From an uncultured virus (IMG/VR IMGVR_UViG_3300027969_000081) (taxonomy: Duplodnaviria; Heunggongvirae; Uroviricota; Caudoviricetes), in the IMG/VR virus record IMGVR_UViG_3300027969_000081: a stretch of 64,000 nucleotides of DNA; one strand, 5' to 3'. Each line of letters opens with the position of its first letter. The stretch's first letter is position 1. Positions 46,771 to 56,329 of this stretch are shown here, piece by piece. The position numbers and the translations under genes were made by a program. The notes below the pieces were generated by a model, which saw only the letters and a program-made list of their open reading frames with translations, made no database searches and was not told the origin of the DNA.

Positions 46771-46983
46771 ATGTTGATCAAAGATCTAATAGAACAGCTT
46801 CAAACATTGTATGAAAAAGAAATGATTCATGCTGATGTTATGGGCGAGCCAGAGATAATGATTGACTGCTTTAAGAAAATTGAACAAGGCGTATTCCAAT
46901 ACGCAGGCTTTAGTAATCAAATAAAGATTGAAAGAAGCGCAGATGGAGTGTATCCTATAATAAGTGGGTTTACAGATGATTAA
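46771..46983 (+). CDS. Hypothetical protein
   Basis: 70 aa; extended -10 TGTTATACT 5 nt upstream of ATG. Confidence 0.55.
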   Translation: MLIKDLIEQLQTLYEKEMIHADVMGEPEIMIDCFKKIEQGVFQYAGFSNQIKIERSADGVYPIISGFTDD

Positions 46984-47443
46984 AAAACTTATGCAACGAC
47001 TAGGGCGTCACAGAATTATATTGGATCGCCAAAGTAATGAACCATTGCTCGAACGCTATTACATATTTCTAAAAGATCGTACAAAATTTCCTTTCAATGT
47101 CTTTGTGCATAAGTTTTGTAAAAGCGACCCTGATGATTTGCATGATCATCCTTGGCCGTATGCTACATTAATTTTAAAAGGTGGATATTATGAATGGGTT
47201 CCAGAATTTGATTCTACAGGTAAAATATTTTGTGAGAAGCGTCACTGGCGTGGGCCCGGACATTTTAGGATATGCGGCGCTACTAGCTATCATCGCATTG
47301 AATTGGATCCTAGCGTAACTGCATGGACATTATTCATGCCAGGGCCGCAAACACGTGAATGGGGTTTCATGAGTAACGGTACATGGATTCACAACGACAC
47401 CTATTTGTCAAATATGGCAAAACAAAACAATATGACTGACTAA
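46976..47443 (+). CDS. Cupin-like phage protein
   Basis: H.F..SD.D.LHDHPW...ILKGGY.E...HRIEL...WTLF. Confidence 0.7.
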   Translation: MIKKLMQRLGRHRIILDRQSNEPLLERYYIFLKDRTKFPFNVFVHKFCKSDPDDLHDHPWPYATLILKGGYYEWVPEFDSTGKIFCEKRHWRGPGHFRICGATSYHRIELDPSVTAWTLFMPGPQTREWGFMSNGTWIHNDTYLSNMAKQNNMTD

Positions 47444-47487
47444 GTATCAAAGTTATCTTTTGATACCTTTTACTATGGAGATTAATT

Positions 47488-47733
47488 ATGAATGATGATG
47501 GTGAAATGTTGGTGGAATTGTGGTTAGCACTAAAACCATACATTGATAAAAAAGAACGTAACGATGCCGCACTAGGATTTCTGCGAGCGGCAGAGAATTA
47601 TGTTGATCTTGAAAAAGCTCGTGAAGACGCAGACGGATCTGATAATTCACTTGATTTTGCATTTGATGAAGTCCTTGGTGGAATTGAGTCAGATGAAGAA
47701 GATATTTTTGGCGATGAAGAGGACGACTATTAA
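47488..47733 (+). CDS. Small acidic hypothetical protein
   Basis: SD GGAG; acidic C-terminus; coupled to uvsY. Confidence 0.65.
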   Translation: MNDDGEMLVELWLALKPYIDKKERNDAALGFLRAAENYVDLEKAREDADGSDNSLDFAFDEVLGGIESDEEDIFGDEEDDY

Positions 47734-48194
47734 TGAGTTTATGGTTTGGTAAGGTCAAGGCTGATTTAAGCCACCTACCTGATTGTATAGCTTTTTATGA
47801 AAACGAGCTTTACGATGCCAGGCGCGAGTTAAAACTTGAAGGCAATCTTGAAAAAGCTAGCCGAGAAATGCCTGGCATCGTAGAGTATCGTTTTAACCAG
47901 CTTCAGGAAATTGAAGCAATCCTTCAGCATTTAAATATTAAACTACGAGAGCTTCGTAGCATTAAATTTAGACAATTTACCGAGCACTACAACAGAACGT
48001 TGAGTAGCAGGGATGCTGAAAAGTATTCAGACGGTGACCCAGACGTAGTCAGTATGGATTACTTGGTTAATGAATTTGCACTTGTCCGTAATAAATTCAT
48101 TGGACTTACTAAAGCAATTGATAGCAAGCAATTTCAGATCAATAATGTTACAAAGTTGCGAGTTGCCGGTATGGAAGACGCAGATTTGTTCTAA
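47733..48194 (+). CDS. uvsY: Recombination mediator UvsY-like
   Basis: Helical; EKY.DGD.DV, KAIDSK.FQI.N..KLR.AG. Confidence 0.8.
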   Translation: MSLWFGKVKADLSHLPDCIAFYENELYDARRELKLEGNLEKASREMPGIVEYRFNQLQEIEAILQHLNIKLRELRSIKFRQFTEHYNRTLSSRDAEKYSDGDPDVVSMDYLVNEFALVRNKFIGLTKAIDSKQFQINNVTKLRVAGMEDADLF

Positions 48195-48220
48195 AACTGC
48201 TTAAAAACTAGACAATTTTA

Positions 48221-48252
48221 AAGGTGTTGTACAAATACAACACTTTTTTTTT
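48221..48252 (+). terminator. Terminator/inverted repeat upstream of early promoters
   Basis: GTGTTGTA-CAAA-TACAACAC followed by a long T run. Confidence 0.7.
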
Positions 48253-48272
48253 GGCAAAAATTTTAAAATCAG

Positions 48273-48301
48273 TTGACGTTTGGGCCTATTTGCCATATAA
48301 T
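48273..48301 (+). promoter_or_regulatory. sigma70-type early promoter
   Basis: TTGACG-17-TATAAT with A-rich upstream element. Confidence 0.75.
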
Positions 48302-48330
48302 AGTTACATACTAAGCAAACAGGGATAAAC

Positions 48331-48510
48331 ATGCAATACACACTGATTACAAAATCTGGTAAAGTAATGCAGTTTCACATTAAAGCGGTTGCTGAGTTGT
48401 ATCAAACGCTCAATGGTGGTGTTGTAATTACGCCACAAGTGCTGAAAATACAGGAAATTTTACAAAAAGAGGCAGAAAACGGTTGCTCTTTGAGCCAAAC
48501 CGCAGTATAA
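48331..48510 (+). CDS. 59-aa early hypothetical protein (absent from ORF track)
   Basis: MQYTLITKSGKVMQFHIKAVAELYQ...; AGGGA SD; right after the promoter. Confidence 0.6.
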   Translation: MQYTLITKSGKVMQFHIKAVAELYQTLNGGVVITPQVLKIQEILQKEAENGCSLSQTAV

Positions 48511-48511
48511 T
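48483..48511 (+). promoter_or_regulatory. Second sigma70-type early promoter
   Basis: TTGCTC-17-TATAAT. Confidence 0.65.
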
Positions 48512-48552
48512 CAATACTGTAGCAAGTTAATTAATCCACGCAAAGGAAAACA

Positions 48553-49605
48553 ATGTCAGCTTACATCACTATCAAACGCGGTACATATCGCAATTTTAAT
48601 ATCAACAACCAAACATTCCAGCTTGTTGCCGACTACAAAGAAGGCACCAAAGGCGGATATGTTACTGTAATTGGTGACGCATCTCTTGGTGAATTTGAAG
48701 GCCGCGAAGTTCGCGTTAAAGTTTCTTCTATGCGCGATGTTGAACCCGCAAGTGCGGCAGATTGCGTTACTGGTGTTGAAGGTAACTATAACACACCAAC
48801 AAAGAAGGAGCCAAAGGTGGTTGAGTCTGATGAACAAGCAATTGAACGTATTCGTGAGCGATTCGACATTCTAGAAGAAATGACAGAAGGTTCTGTTGAC
48901 GGCTCTGTTCGTGCAATGATTGTTGTTGGCCCTCCAGGCGTTGGTAAGAGCTTTGGCGTTGAGAAAGTGCTCAACAAGGCCGCTATGTTTGACAACATTG
49001 CTGGCAAACGTCCGCGTTACGAAGTTGTTAAAGGTGCAATGAGTGCAATTGGTTTGTATTGCAAATTGTATAACTTTAGCAATTCAGGTGATGTACTAGT
49101 GTTTGACGACTGTGACAGCATTTTGCTTGACGACTTGAGCTTGAATATTTTGAAAGCCGCACTGGACAGTTCTAAGAAGCGTACTATCTCTTGGAACACT
49201 GACAGCCGTATGCTTCGTAGCGAAGGTGTGCCAGATAAGTTTGACTTCAAAGGTTCTTGCATCTTCATTACCAATATCAAGTTTGAGCACGTCAAGAGTG
49301 CTAAGTTGAAAGACCACTTGGGTGCGCTGGAAAGCCGTTGCCACTATTTGGATTTGACACTGGATACCACTCGTGACAAGATGTTGCGTATCAAACAAAT
49401 TATGATGGATGGTATGCTTGACAGCTACGAATTTGAAGAAGGTGCCAAGCAAGAACTGTATGATTATGTTGACACAAACAAAGACAAGTTGCGCGAGCTG
49501 AGTCTGCGTACTGTTATCAAGATTGCAGACTTGAAGAAGATGTCAGGCCCAGGTGAGCGTTGGAAGCGCCTGGCAGAAACTACTGTTATGAAGCGAGCCG
49601 CCTAA
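48553..49605 (+). CDS. AAA+/P-loop ATPase
   Basis: GPPGVGKS, VLVFDDCD, IFITN, ALESR. Confidence 0.85.
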   Translation: MSAYITIKRGTYRNFNINNQTFQLVADYKEGTKGGYVTVIGDASLGEFEGREVRVKVSSMRDVEPASAADCVTGVEGNYNTPTKKEPKVVESDEQAIERIRERFDILEEMTEGSVDGSVRAMIVVGPPGVGKSFGVEKVLNKAAMFDNIAGKRPRYEVVKGAMSAIGLYCKLYNFSNSGDVLVFDDCDSILLDDLSLNILKAALDSSKKRTISWNTDSRMLRSEGVPDKFDFKGSCIFITNIKFEHVKSAKLKDHLGALESRCHYLDLTLDTTRDKMLRIKQIMMDGMLDSYEFEEGAKQELYDYVDTNKDKLRELSLRTVIKIADLKKMSGPGERWKRLAETTVMKRAA

Positions 49606-49656
49606 GTTACCAACTACGGGCAGTGTCAATAAGACCCGTTTGTTAAGGAGTTATAA

Positions 49657-50691
49657 ATGCGTAAGATGGCAACCATTAGAAAGATTGATGCACTGCGACC
49701 CATTGAAGGTGCAGATACAATTGAGTGCGCTATTGTAGGTGGATGGACAGTGGTGGCCAAGAAGGGCGAATACACCGCAGGCGATCTGGCAGTGTATTGC
49801 GAAATTGACAGCTTCATACCTACTGCTATTGCACCGTTCTTGACCAAGGCTGGACAATACCCTAAGACTTTTGAGGGTGTTGAAGGCGAACGTCTTCGCA
49901 CTATGAAGTTGCGCGGCCAACTATCACAGGGACTGCTGTTACCGCTGTCTGTTTTGACCATGGTAGACTCGTTGTTATTTGAAGGACTTGATGTATCAAT
50001 TCCACTTGGTATTATCAAGTATGAAGCACCCGTCCCGGCACAATTGGCTGGCGAAGTGCGAGGTATGTTTCCTTCATTCATGCCAAAGACTGACCAAGAG
50101 CGTATTCAGAATCTAAGTGCAGAATTTGCTCAATGGCAAACCAACAAGCTAACTTGGGAAGTTACCGAAAAGCTTGATGGTTCGTCAATGACGGTTTATG
50201 TTAATGGCGATGACCATGGAGTATGTAGCCGCAATCTAAATCTAAAAGATACAGAAGGTAATTCACTTTGGAAGGTGGCTCATCGAGATCAAATTATTTC
50301 TGCTATCTTTGAAAGCGGTCGTAATCTTGCAGTACAAGGGGAGATCGTAGGAGAAGGTATCCAAGGTAATGCATACAAGATTAAAGGTCAAAGTTTTTAT
50401 GTTTTTGACATTTATGACATTGATGCAGGCCGCTACCTTAATCCAGTTGAGCGCAAGGAGTTTTGTGACCTGTATGGCATAATGCATGTACCAGTTCTTG
50501 CATACAAGGCAGAATTATATGACACCTTGGGTATTGCTACAATTGAACAAGTCTTAAAGTTTGCTGAAGCAAAATCAGTAATGGGAGACATTACTGGTCC
50601 AGAACGTGAAGGTCTTGTGTTCAAGTGTCACGAACGTGAAGTATCGTTTAAGGCCATTAGCAATAAGTTTTTGCTAAAGACCAAGGACTAA
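49657..50691 (+). CDS. RNA ligase, Rnl2/DRB0094-type
   Basis: N-terminal RKMATIRKI..L.PIEGAD.IE; TEKLDGSS, QGE, FYVFDI, REGLVFK, KAISNKF. Confidence 0.9.
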   Translation: MRKMATIRKIDALRPIEGADTIECAIVGGWTVVAKKGEYTAGDLAVYCEIDSFIPTAIAPFLTKAGQYPKTFEGVEGERLRTMKLRGQLSQGLLLPLSVLTMVDSLLFEGLDVSIPLGIIKYEAPVPAQLAGEVRGMFPSFMPKTDQERIQNLSAEFAQWQTNKLTWEVTEKLDGSSMTVYVNGDDHGVCSRNLNLKDTEGNSLWKVAHRDQIISAIFESGRNLAVQGEIVGEGIQGNAYKIKGQSFYVFDIYDIDAGRYLNPVERKEFCDLYGIMHVPVLAYKAELYDTLGIATIEQVLKFAEAKSVMGDITGPEREGLVFKCHEREVSFKAISNKFLLKTKD

Positions 50692-50739
50692 AACTTTAAC
50701 ATCGACAGCTGACTATTTGCGTGGAATGAAGTCGATGGG

Positions 50740-50772
50740 AAAAGCTCTTGTATAATGCAAGAGCTTTTTTTT
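50740..50772 (+). terminator. Intrinsic terminator
   Basis: AAAAGCTCTTG...CAAGAGCTTTT plus T run. Confidence 0.75.
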
Positions 50773-50785
50773 GATAAGTATCAGT

Positions 50786-51922
50786 ATGAAAATTGTACCA
50801 AATTCAACAATTTGTGCCCATCCGTGGAACGAAGCCGCTGTCAAAGTCAACGGAGATGTAGTACCATGCTGTAAATATCTCAGCATAGAAGGAAGTACAC
50901 TTTGGACCACTGATGTAAGGAACACACAACATTGGCATCAACTTAGGGAAAACATGCTGGCCGGAATTGAAACACCAAATTGTGTTTCGTGTTATAACCA
51001 TGACAAGAATGGCCGACAAAGTATGCGTAGCACTTCATTGAAAAACTTTATTCCTATTGAAAATAAAGTTGAACCACTGACAAGATTAGAAGTTACATTC
51101 AGCAACCTTTGTAACCTTGCTTGCGTTAGCTGTAGTTATAAGTTATCCACTACATGGTATACAGAGGATGTAAAGGCCGGAAGAATTAAAAAAATTGGCA
51201 TAATTGAACACAACTATGATTACAGTAAACTTGACCTGTCTGCTCTTACATTTTTAAAAGTAATTGGCGGCGAACCTTTTATGGAACAGCGTAGGATTGT
51301 TAATCTGATCAATGGCATTGATTATGAAAACAAACTATCGTTTATGGTAAACACAAATGGTACAATTATACCGTCTCCGGAAATGCGTAACATAATAGAA
51401 AAGTGCAAGCAATCTACTATATTTGTTAGCCTTGACGGATTAGGTACTGTAAATGATTGGTATAGATGGCCAAGCAAATTTAATGAAGTCATCGAGAATA
51501 TGAAAGTATTTGATCAATGGTGGGGCAACAATCCTTCTATATTATTAAAGATGCATTGTGTTGTCAACATATTCAATGTGTTTGATTTAGAAGAAATTGT
51601 AAAATTTATGGCTACCAATTTTCCAAATTGGTATGTGGATTTCGAATGGATATACTCTCCACAATGGCAAGCTCTTGGATCATTGCATAGAACAGCCAAA
51701 CAACATCTAATAGAAAAATTTAACGCAATTGAATTCAACGACGACAAGATGGTTCCTTCAAATCCTTTTAAATATTCGTTGACCTTCTTGGAAAGTGGTA
51801 CTAGCATAATACCATGGTCTGAGATTAAACAAAAAATAACTGCGCTGGAAAGTGAACGCAAATTAAATTTCTTAGAAATGGTTCCAAACTTTAAACCATT
51901 CTGGGACCTGCCAGACGAATAA
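50786..51922 (+). CDS. Radical SAM protein with N-terminal twitch/SPASM-like Fe-S domain
   Basis: CAHPW...GDVVPCC, CVSC, CNLACVSC, GGEP, NTNGT, SLDG. Confidence 0.88.
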   Translation: MKIVPNSTICAHPWNEAAVKVNGDVVPCCKYLSIEGSTLWTTDVRNTQHWHQLRENMLAGIETPNCVSCYNHDKNGRQSMRSTSLKNFIPIENKVEPLTRLEVTFSNLCNLACVSCSYKLSTTWYTEDVKAGRIKKIGIIEHNYDYSKLDLSALTFLKVIGGEPFMEQRRIVNLINGIDYENKLSFMVNTNGTIIPSPEMRNIIEKCKQSTIFVSLDGLGTVNDWYRWPSKFNEVIENMKVFDQWWGNNPSILLKMHCVVNIFNVFDLEEIVKFMATNFPNWYVDFEWIYSPQWQALGSLHRTAKQHLIEKFNAIEFNDDKMVPSNPFKYSLTFLESGTSIIPWSEIKQKITALESERKLNFLEMVPNFKPFWDLPDE

Positions 51923-52021
51923 AGTTTATATTCTGGCAAAATTGCTTTTAAAAACTGAGCATTTTATGATAAGTAGCTAGTCTACATAAAAACAAATGTA
52001 ACCTGATTGGCAAATTAGTAT

Positions 52022-52050
52022 TAGACAAAGCCGATTGTTTATGCTATTAT
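52022..52050 (+). promoter_or_regulatory. sigma70-type promoter, leaderless for uvsW
   Basis: TAGACA-17-TATTAT with TG extension; ATG 6 nt later. Confidence 0.6.
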
Positions 52051-52056
52051 ATAAAA

Positions 52057-53514
52057 ATGCCAGGAATAACTAAATTAGAAATACGCGACGAAGTCAACGT
52101 AAAGTTTCATGACCTTGATCCAAGTACAAGGCGACGTTGCGAAGCAAAACTCAAATACCAGTTACCATATGCATTTCATGTACCTGCTTATCGCTTGGGT
52201 CGATGGGATGGCAAAGTTGGTTTCTTTACCACAGCCGGATCAACATATCTTAACTTGTTAGACCGAGTGCTACCTATCCTAGAAGAAGAAGGATGGCAAA
52301 TTGAAATTGAAGACAAACGCCAAGAGCATAATCTTAGTTTTGATGAAGTTACCGAAAACGCATTTAGTCATATAAATTGGCCTGTTGGTCATCCGGCAGC
52401 CGGACAGCCAGTTGTAATTCGTGACTACCAGGTAGAAATTATTAATAGATTTTTATCTAATGCACAATGCGTACAAGAAATTGCAACAGGTGCCGGCAAG
52501 ACACTAATGACTGCGGCAATGAGTTTGTGTTGTGAAAAGTATGGCCGCACATTGGTCATTGTACCAAATAAAGATCTGGTAAGACAAACTCATGCAGATT
52601 ATGTTAACTTAGGACTAGATGTTGGTGTATATTTTGGCGATGAAAAAGATCTAGGACATACACATACTATTGCTACATGGCAAAGTATTAATACCTTACT
52701 TAAACGTTTTAAGGAAGGATTGTCAGCTGTAGGTCCAGACGTATTAACAGACGATCTGATTGCAGTTATTGTTGACGAGGTGCATATGGCCAAAGCAGAT
52801 GTATTACGACAAATGCTAACTGGTATGTTTGCCAATGTACCAATACGATGGGGATTGACAGGTACTATTCCAAAAGAAGAACACGAGTACATCAGTCTCT
52901 TGGCAAGTTTAGGTCCTGTGATGCACAGACTGGCTGCTAGCGAACTTCAGGACATTGGGGTACTTGCTAATTGTCACGTGAAGGTGCTACAATATGATGA
53001 CCAAGTAGACTTTAAGAATTATCAAGAAGAACTTAGTTATCTTACTACTAACGAAAAAAGAATTAATAAACTTGCTCAAAAGATACTAGAAATTTCCGAA
53101 TCTGGAAATACACTGGTGCTGGTTGACCGAGTAAAGTGCGGCCAAATGTTATCGGAACAAATAGCGGATAGTGTGTTTGTATCTGGTACAATGAAATCCA
53201 AGGATAGGAAAGAAGAGTATGACGAAGTTTCAACTAGTGACAAGAAAGTTATTATCGCAACATATGGCGTCGCGGCTGTCGGTATTAATATTCCTCGCAT
53301 CTTTAATATGGTTCTTGTTGAGCCTGGTAAGTCGTTTGTTCGAGTTATTCAATCAATAGGACGAGGCATTAGAAAAGCTGAAGATAAAGATTTTGTACAA
53401 ATTTGGGATATAACCAGTACAGCAAAATTTGCCAAGCGACATTTAGCTAAACGAAAGAAATTTTACGATGATGCAAGCTATCCGCATAAAACAGAAAAGG
53501 TAATTTATAAATGA
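52057..53514 (+). CDS. uvsW: SF2 helicase UvsW
   Basis: WDGK, RDYQ, ATGAGKT, VDEVH, GLTGT, QSIGRG.R. Confidence 0.92.
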   Translation: MPGITKLEIRDEVNVKFHDLDPSTRRRCEAKLKYQLPYAFHVPAYRLGRWDGKVGFFTTAGSTYLNLLDRVLPILEEEGWQIEIEDKRQEHNLSFDEVTENAFSHINWPVGHPAAGQPVVIRDYQVEIINRFLSNAQCVQEIATGAGKTLMTAAMSLCCEKYGRTLVIVPNKDLVRQTHADYVNLGLDVGVYFGDEKDLGHTHTIATWQSINTLLKRFKEGLSAVGPDVLTDDLIAVIVDEVHMAKADVLRQMLTGMFANVPIRWGLTGTIPKEEHEYISLLASLGPVMHRLAASELQDIGVLANCHVKVLQYDDQVDFKNYQEELSYLTTNEKRINKLAQKILEISESGNTLVLVDRVKCGQMLSEQIADSVFVSGTMKSKDRKEEYDEVSTSDKKVIIATYGVAAVGINIPRIFNMVLVEPGKSFVRVIQSIGRGIRKAEDKDFVQIWDITSTAKFAKRHLAKRKKFYDDASYPHKTEKVIYK

Positions 53515-54017
53515 ACATATTAACAGTAGACAATGTCACCTATGACTTAGATAGGTTACCTGATGAAATTGGTGAGGATCTAAGATACGGAGTACTTGAC
53601 TACAGTAATCCAGCTGATGTAGATTACATTTTTGTACCATTGGTATTTTTAGAAAGTTTTAGTTGTCCAGCCGCGGTACTGCGTATTGGTAATCGAGAAC
53701 TTAAAGTACCACTGGACTGGTCGTTAATTATTGGAGAACCAGATCATGGAGACCCTGAGGTAATTAACGTTATGAGTATCAACGATAGAGGATTTAGTGC
53801 ATTTGTTTTTAATCCTATTAATGGTTACAAGCCAGAGTGGCATAAAGTTGAAGTAGTAAACATTTATCAAGAAGTCAAATGGTATGTTCCTAAGTTAAAA
53901 TTTGGACATGTATTAACTGTTCCATTAACAGCAGGTATGGACCCACCATGTGCATTTTTTCTTAAAGAGACAAATAAGATTCCTGAAGTACTTGACCTAA
54001 ACAAAATTTGGTTTTAA
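53511..54017 (+). CDS. Hypothetical beta-rich protein
   Basis: 168-aa ORF coupled to uvsW. Confidence 0.65.
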   Translation: MNILTVDNVTYDLDRLPDEIGEDLRYGVLDYSNPADVDYIFVPLVFLESFSCPAAVLRIGNRELKVPLDWSLIIGEPDHGDPEVINVMSINDRGFSAFVFNPINGYKPEWHKVEVVNIYQEVKWYVPKLKFGHVLTVPLTAGMDPPCAFFLKETNKIPEVLDLNKIWF

Positions 54018-54025
54018 AATACTAC

Positions 54026-54517
54026 ATGGTCACTAAAAAGAAAACACCAGCATCTGCAACATACAAGCTACCCATTGAACAGGTGATGGCAGCCATAGAT
54101 CTACGCAAGGGCGACTATTATAGCAATCTCAGCAACGAAGATGAAAAGTCATTAAGCACTTACATGTCGCAGAGATGGGCCAGTCAAGTACAAGGTAGTA
54201 GAGATATACAAGAACATTATTTGGTTACAATTAACGAATTATCAAATATTGATTATATTGCAACAACAAGTAAACACGAAGAGATGCGCTGGCGTGTAAT
54301 GGCGTTAGTAGGCCTGGGACAAAAATTAAGACATGAGTTCATACCACCCAAGGGTGCAAAAAAGGACAAGCTGGCATCGTGGTTAATAGAACAATTTCCA
54401 CAACTCAACGATGACGAGATTGAACTATTTCGAGAAGTCAATGGCATGGATGTGTTAGAAGAAATTGCTCAGGCTAAAAACATGGGTGATAAACAAGTTA
54501 AGGATTTATTTAAATAG
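54026..54517 (+). CDS. Hypothetical, possibly clamp-loader small subunit (gp62-like)
   Basis: YM.QRW.S...N...N pattern loosely like gp62; replication context. Confidence 0.4.
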   Translation: MVTKKKTPASATYKLPIEQVMAAIDLRKGDYYSNLSNEDEKSLSTYMSQRWASQVQGSRDIQEHYLVTINELSNIDYIATTSKHEEMRWRVMALVGLGQKLRHEFIPPKGAKKDKLASWLIEQFPQLNDDEIELFREVNGMDVLEEIAQAKNMGDKQVKDLFK

Positions 54518-54518
54518 T

Positions 54519-55208
54519 ATGTTGGATTATCAATGTCGATTCTGCAACAAGAGTTTTACAAGAGAACGTACATTGAGTAGTCATATGTGTGAGCGAAAGC
54601 ACAGATGGATGGCGAAAGATGATCCACCAAGCCGTATTGCTTTTAGTGTATGGATTGACTTTATGAAATATGTCAGCCCAAACTCAAAAAAAGAAAAAAG
54701 CTTGGATGATTTTATTAAAAGTCCAGACTATATTGGATTTTTAAAATTTGCTAATTATTTGATCGAACTTCGACCAGTTGACAGTGATAAATTTGTACAC
54801 TGGTTGTTTAAAATGGGAGTAAGATTGGGCGATTGGCAAAAACCTGGCACATACCAATTATATGTTCAGGAAGCTGCCAAAAAGGAGACAGCTGAAAGAG
54901 CGTTAGAAAAAACTATACTTACCATGCGAGAGTGGGGTGAGTCAACTGGAGAACCTTGGACTCAATTTTTTAATAAAATTGCACCTGCGTCAGCAATGAA
55001 CATGGTAGTAATGGGCAGACTAAGTCCATGGATTATCTATTCAGCAGAGGCAGCGCAAGACTTATTAGATCGAATGGAACCGGGTCAAATTGAAACAGTT
55101 GCTAAACATGTGGATACAGAATGGTGGATAAAAAAATTAAAAACAGCGTCAGTAGAGGCACAGTGGATAAACACGACAATGAAGCAGGTTTTAGATTTGC
55201 AGAATTAG
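54519..55208 (+). CDS. Protein with N-terminal C2H2-like zinc finger
   Basis: YQCRFCNKSFTRERTLSSHMC. Confidence 0.65.
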   Translation: MLDYQCRFCNKSFTRERTLSSHMCERKHRWMAKDDPPSRIAFSVWIDFMKYVSPNSKKEKSLDDFIKSPDYIGFLKFANYLIELRPVDSDKFVHWLFKMGVRLGDWQKPGTYQLYVQEAAKKETAERALEKTILTMREWGESTGEPWTQFFNKIAPASAMNMVVMGRLSPWIIYSAEAAQDLLDRMEPGQIETVAKHVDTEWWIKKLKTASVEAQWINTTMKQVLDLQN

Positions 55209-55321
55209 AAGAACGACTGAAACTGCTTATTACTCGGATGGAGGCTATGACCACAGCTATGGCCGAGATGAAAGCTGAACAAGATAATTTAGTTGAATTA
55301 ATTAAAAGAAAGTTGCTTTAA
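55121..55321 (+). CDS. Small coiled-coil hypothetical protein (start uncertain)
   Basis: Stop overlaps the ATG of the next gene. Confidence 0.45.
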   Translation: MVDKKIKNSVSRGTVDKHDNEAGFRFAELEERLKLLITRMEAMTTAMAEMKAEQDNLVELIKRKLL

Positions 55322-55908
55322 TGAGCCAACCAGACATTGACATTGACTTTGCAAATAGAGAAGAGATTTTAAATCTATTAGACCATGTGCCTGCTATGCA
55401 ATTGATGCAAAATGGTACAAAACAAAAACACAAAACTGGTGTGTATTTTCATCCGGTACCAATTAATCCATTCACTGGTTGGTGTGAAGTGGATTATCAA
55501 ACAGCTGAAGAGCTTGGATTTTTTAAAGTAGATCTGTTAAACGTTAGCCTATACCAACAAGTAAAAAGCAAAGAACATTTAGATCAACTTGCAAGCCAGG
55601 AGCCATTATGGGACCTGTTACAGCAAGATGAGTTTGTAAATCTGTTATTTCATTTAAACGGACACGGAGATGTACTGAGAAAGACTTGCCCTACTTCTGT
55701 GGAACAATTAGCTGCCGTTCTTGGAATGATACGCCCGGCAAAACGTTATCTGATTGGAAAGCCATGGTCGACTATTATGAAAGAAGTCTGGATTAAACCA
55801 ACATCTGATGATTATTTCTTTAAAAAGAGTCACGCCACTGCTTATGCAGTTGCTATTGTTGCACAAATGAATTTGATTTGTGAGCAAATAAGCTACGGTT
55901 ATAGTTAA
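55321..55908 (+). CDS. Miniature DNA polymerase III alpha (DnaE)-like catalytic core
   Basis: PDIDIDF, KH.TGVYF, GFFKVDLL, MIRP, YFFKKSHA.AYA in DnaE order within 195 aa. Confidence 0.85.
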   Translation: MSQPDIDIDFANREEILNLLDHVPAMQLMQNGTKQKHKTGVYFHPVPINPFTGWCEVDYQTAEELGFFKVDLLNVSLYQQVKSKEHLDQLASQEPLWDLLQQDEFVNLLFHLNGHGDVLRKTCPTSVEQLAAVLGMIRPAKRYLIGKPWSTIMKEVWIKPTSDDYFFKKSHATAYAVAIVAQMNLICEQISYGYS

Positions 55909-56279
55909 TCCATTCTACGTACAAGGCTAATTTGCCGCCGCTTTGTACGCTTGGTAATAACATTTGTAAGACTAGTTTGATGGCCGTACAGTACTTCAAA
56001 GTCTTTAGTTGAATATGTCTTCAATGCGTATGAAAATCTTCGCATTGGTTCCTTTAGTACAATATTAATAGGAATTATTCGGTTTGACCCCCACCACCAT
56101 TCTGCACCTACACTTAAAAATTCTGTTTTATCTAAGTCGTCCCGTAAAAGATTGTAAATATACATAGTAACAACAACAGCATCGCTGTTTTGAATAATGC
56201 CTACAAGTTCTTGGTCGCCATAACGAACCAAACTCATAAATGGGAATCTTTCTAAGAACTCTCTAATTTTATTGTCCAT
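55905..56279 (-). CDS. Hypothetical protein (late, minus strand)
   Basis: 124 aa with WWW.SNR.IPIN motif; TAAGTA on - strand at 56287-56292. Confidence 0.7.
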   Translation of the reverse strand: MDNKIREFLERFPFMSLVRYGDQELVGIIQNSDAVVVTMYIYNLLRDDLDKTEFLSVGAEWWWGSNRIIPINIVLKEPMRRFSYALKTYSTKDFEVLYGHQTSLTNVITKRTKRRQISLVRRMD

Positions 56280-56329
56280 GGTATATTACTTAGTGTTTTG
56301 ATCATAGGGGTGTCCGGCTAAATAAACGT

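Noticed and set aside
50751..50756. TATAAT in the terminator loop as a sigma70 promoter
   Set aside because: No convincing -35, and the TAAGTA 5 nt before the ATG explains expression better
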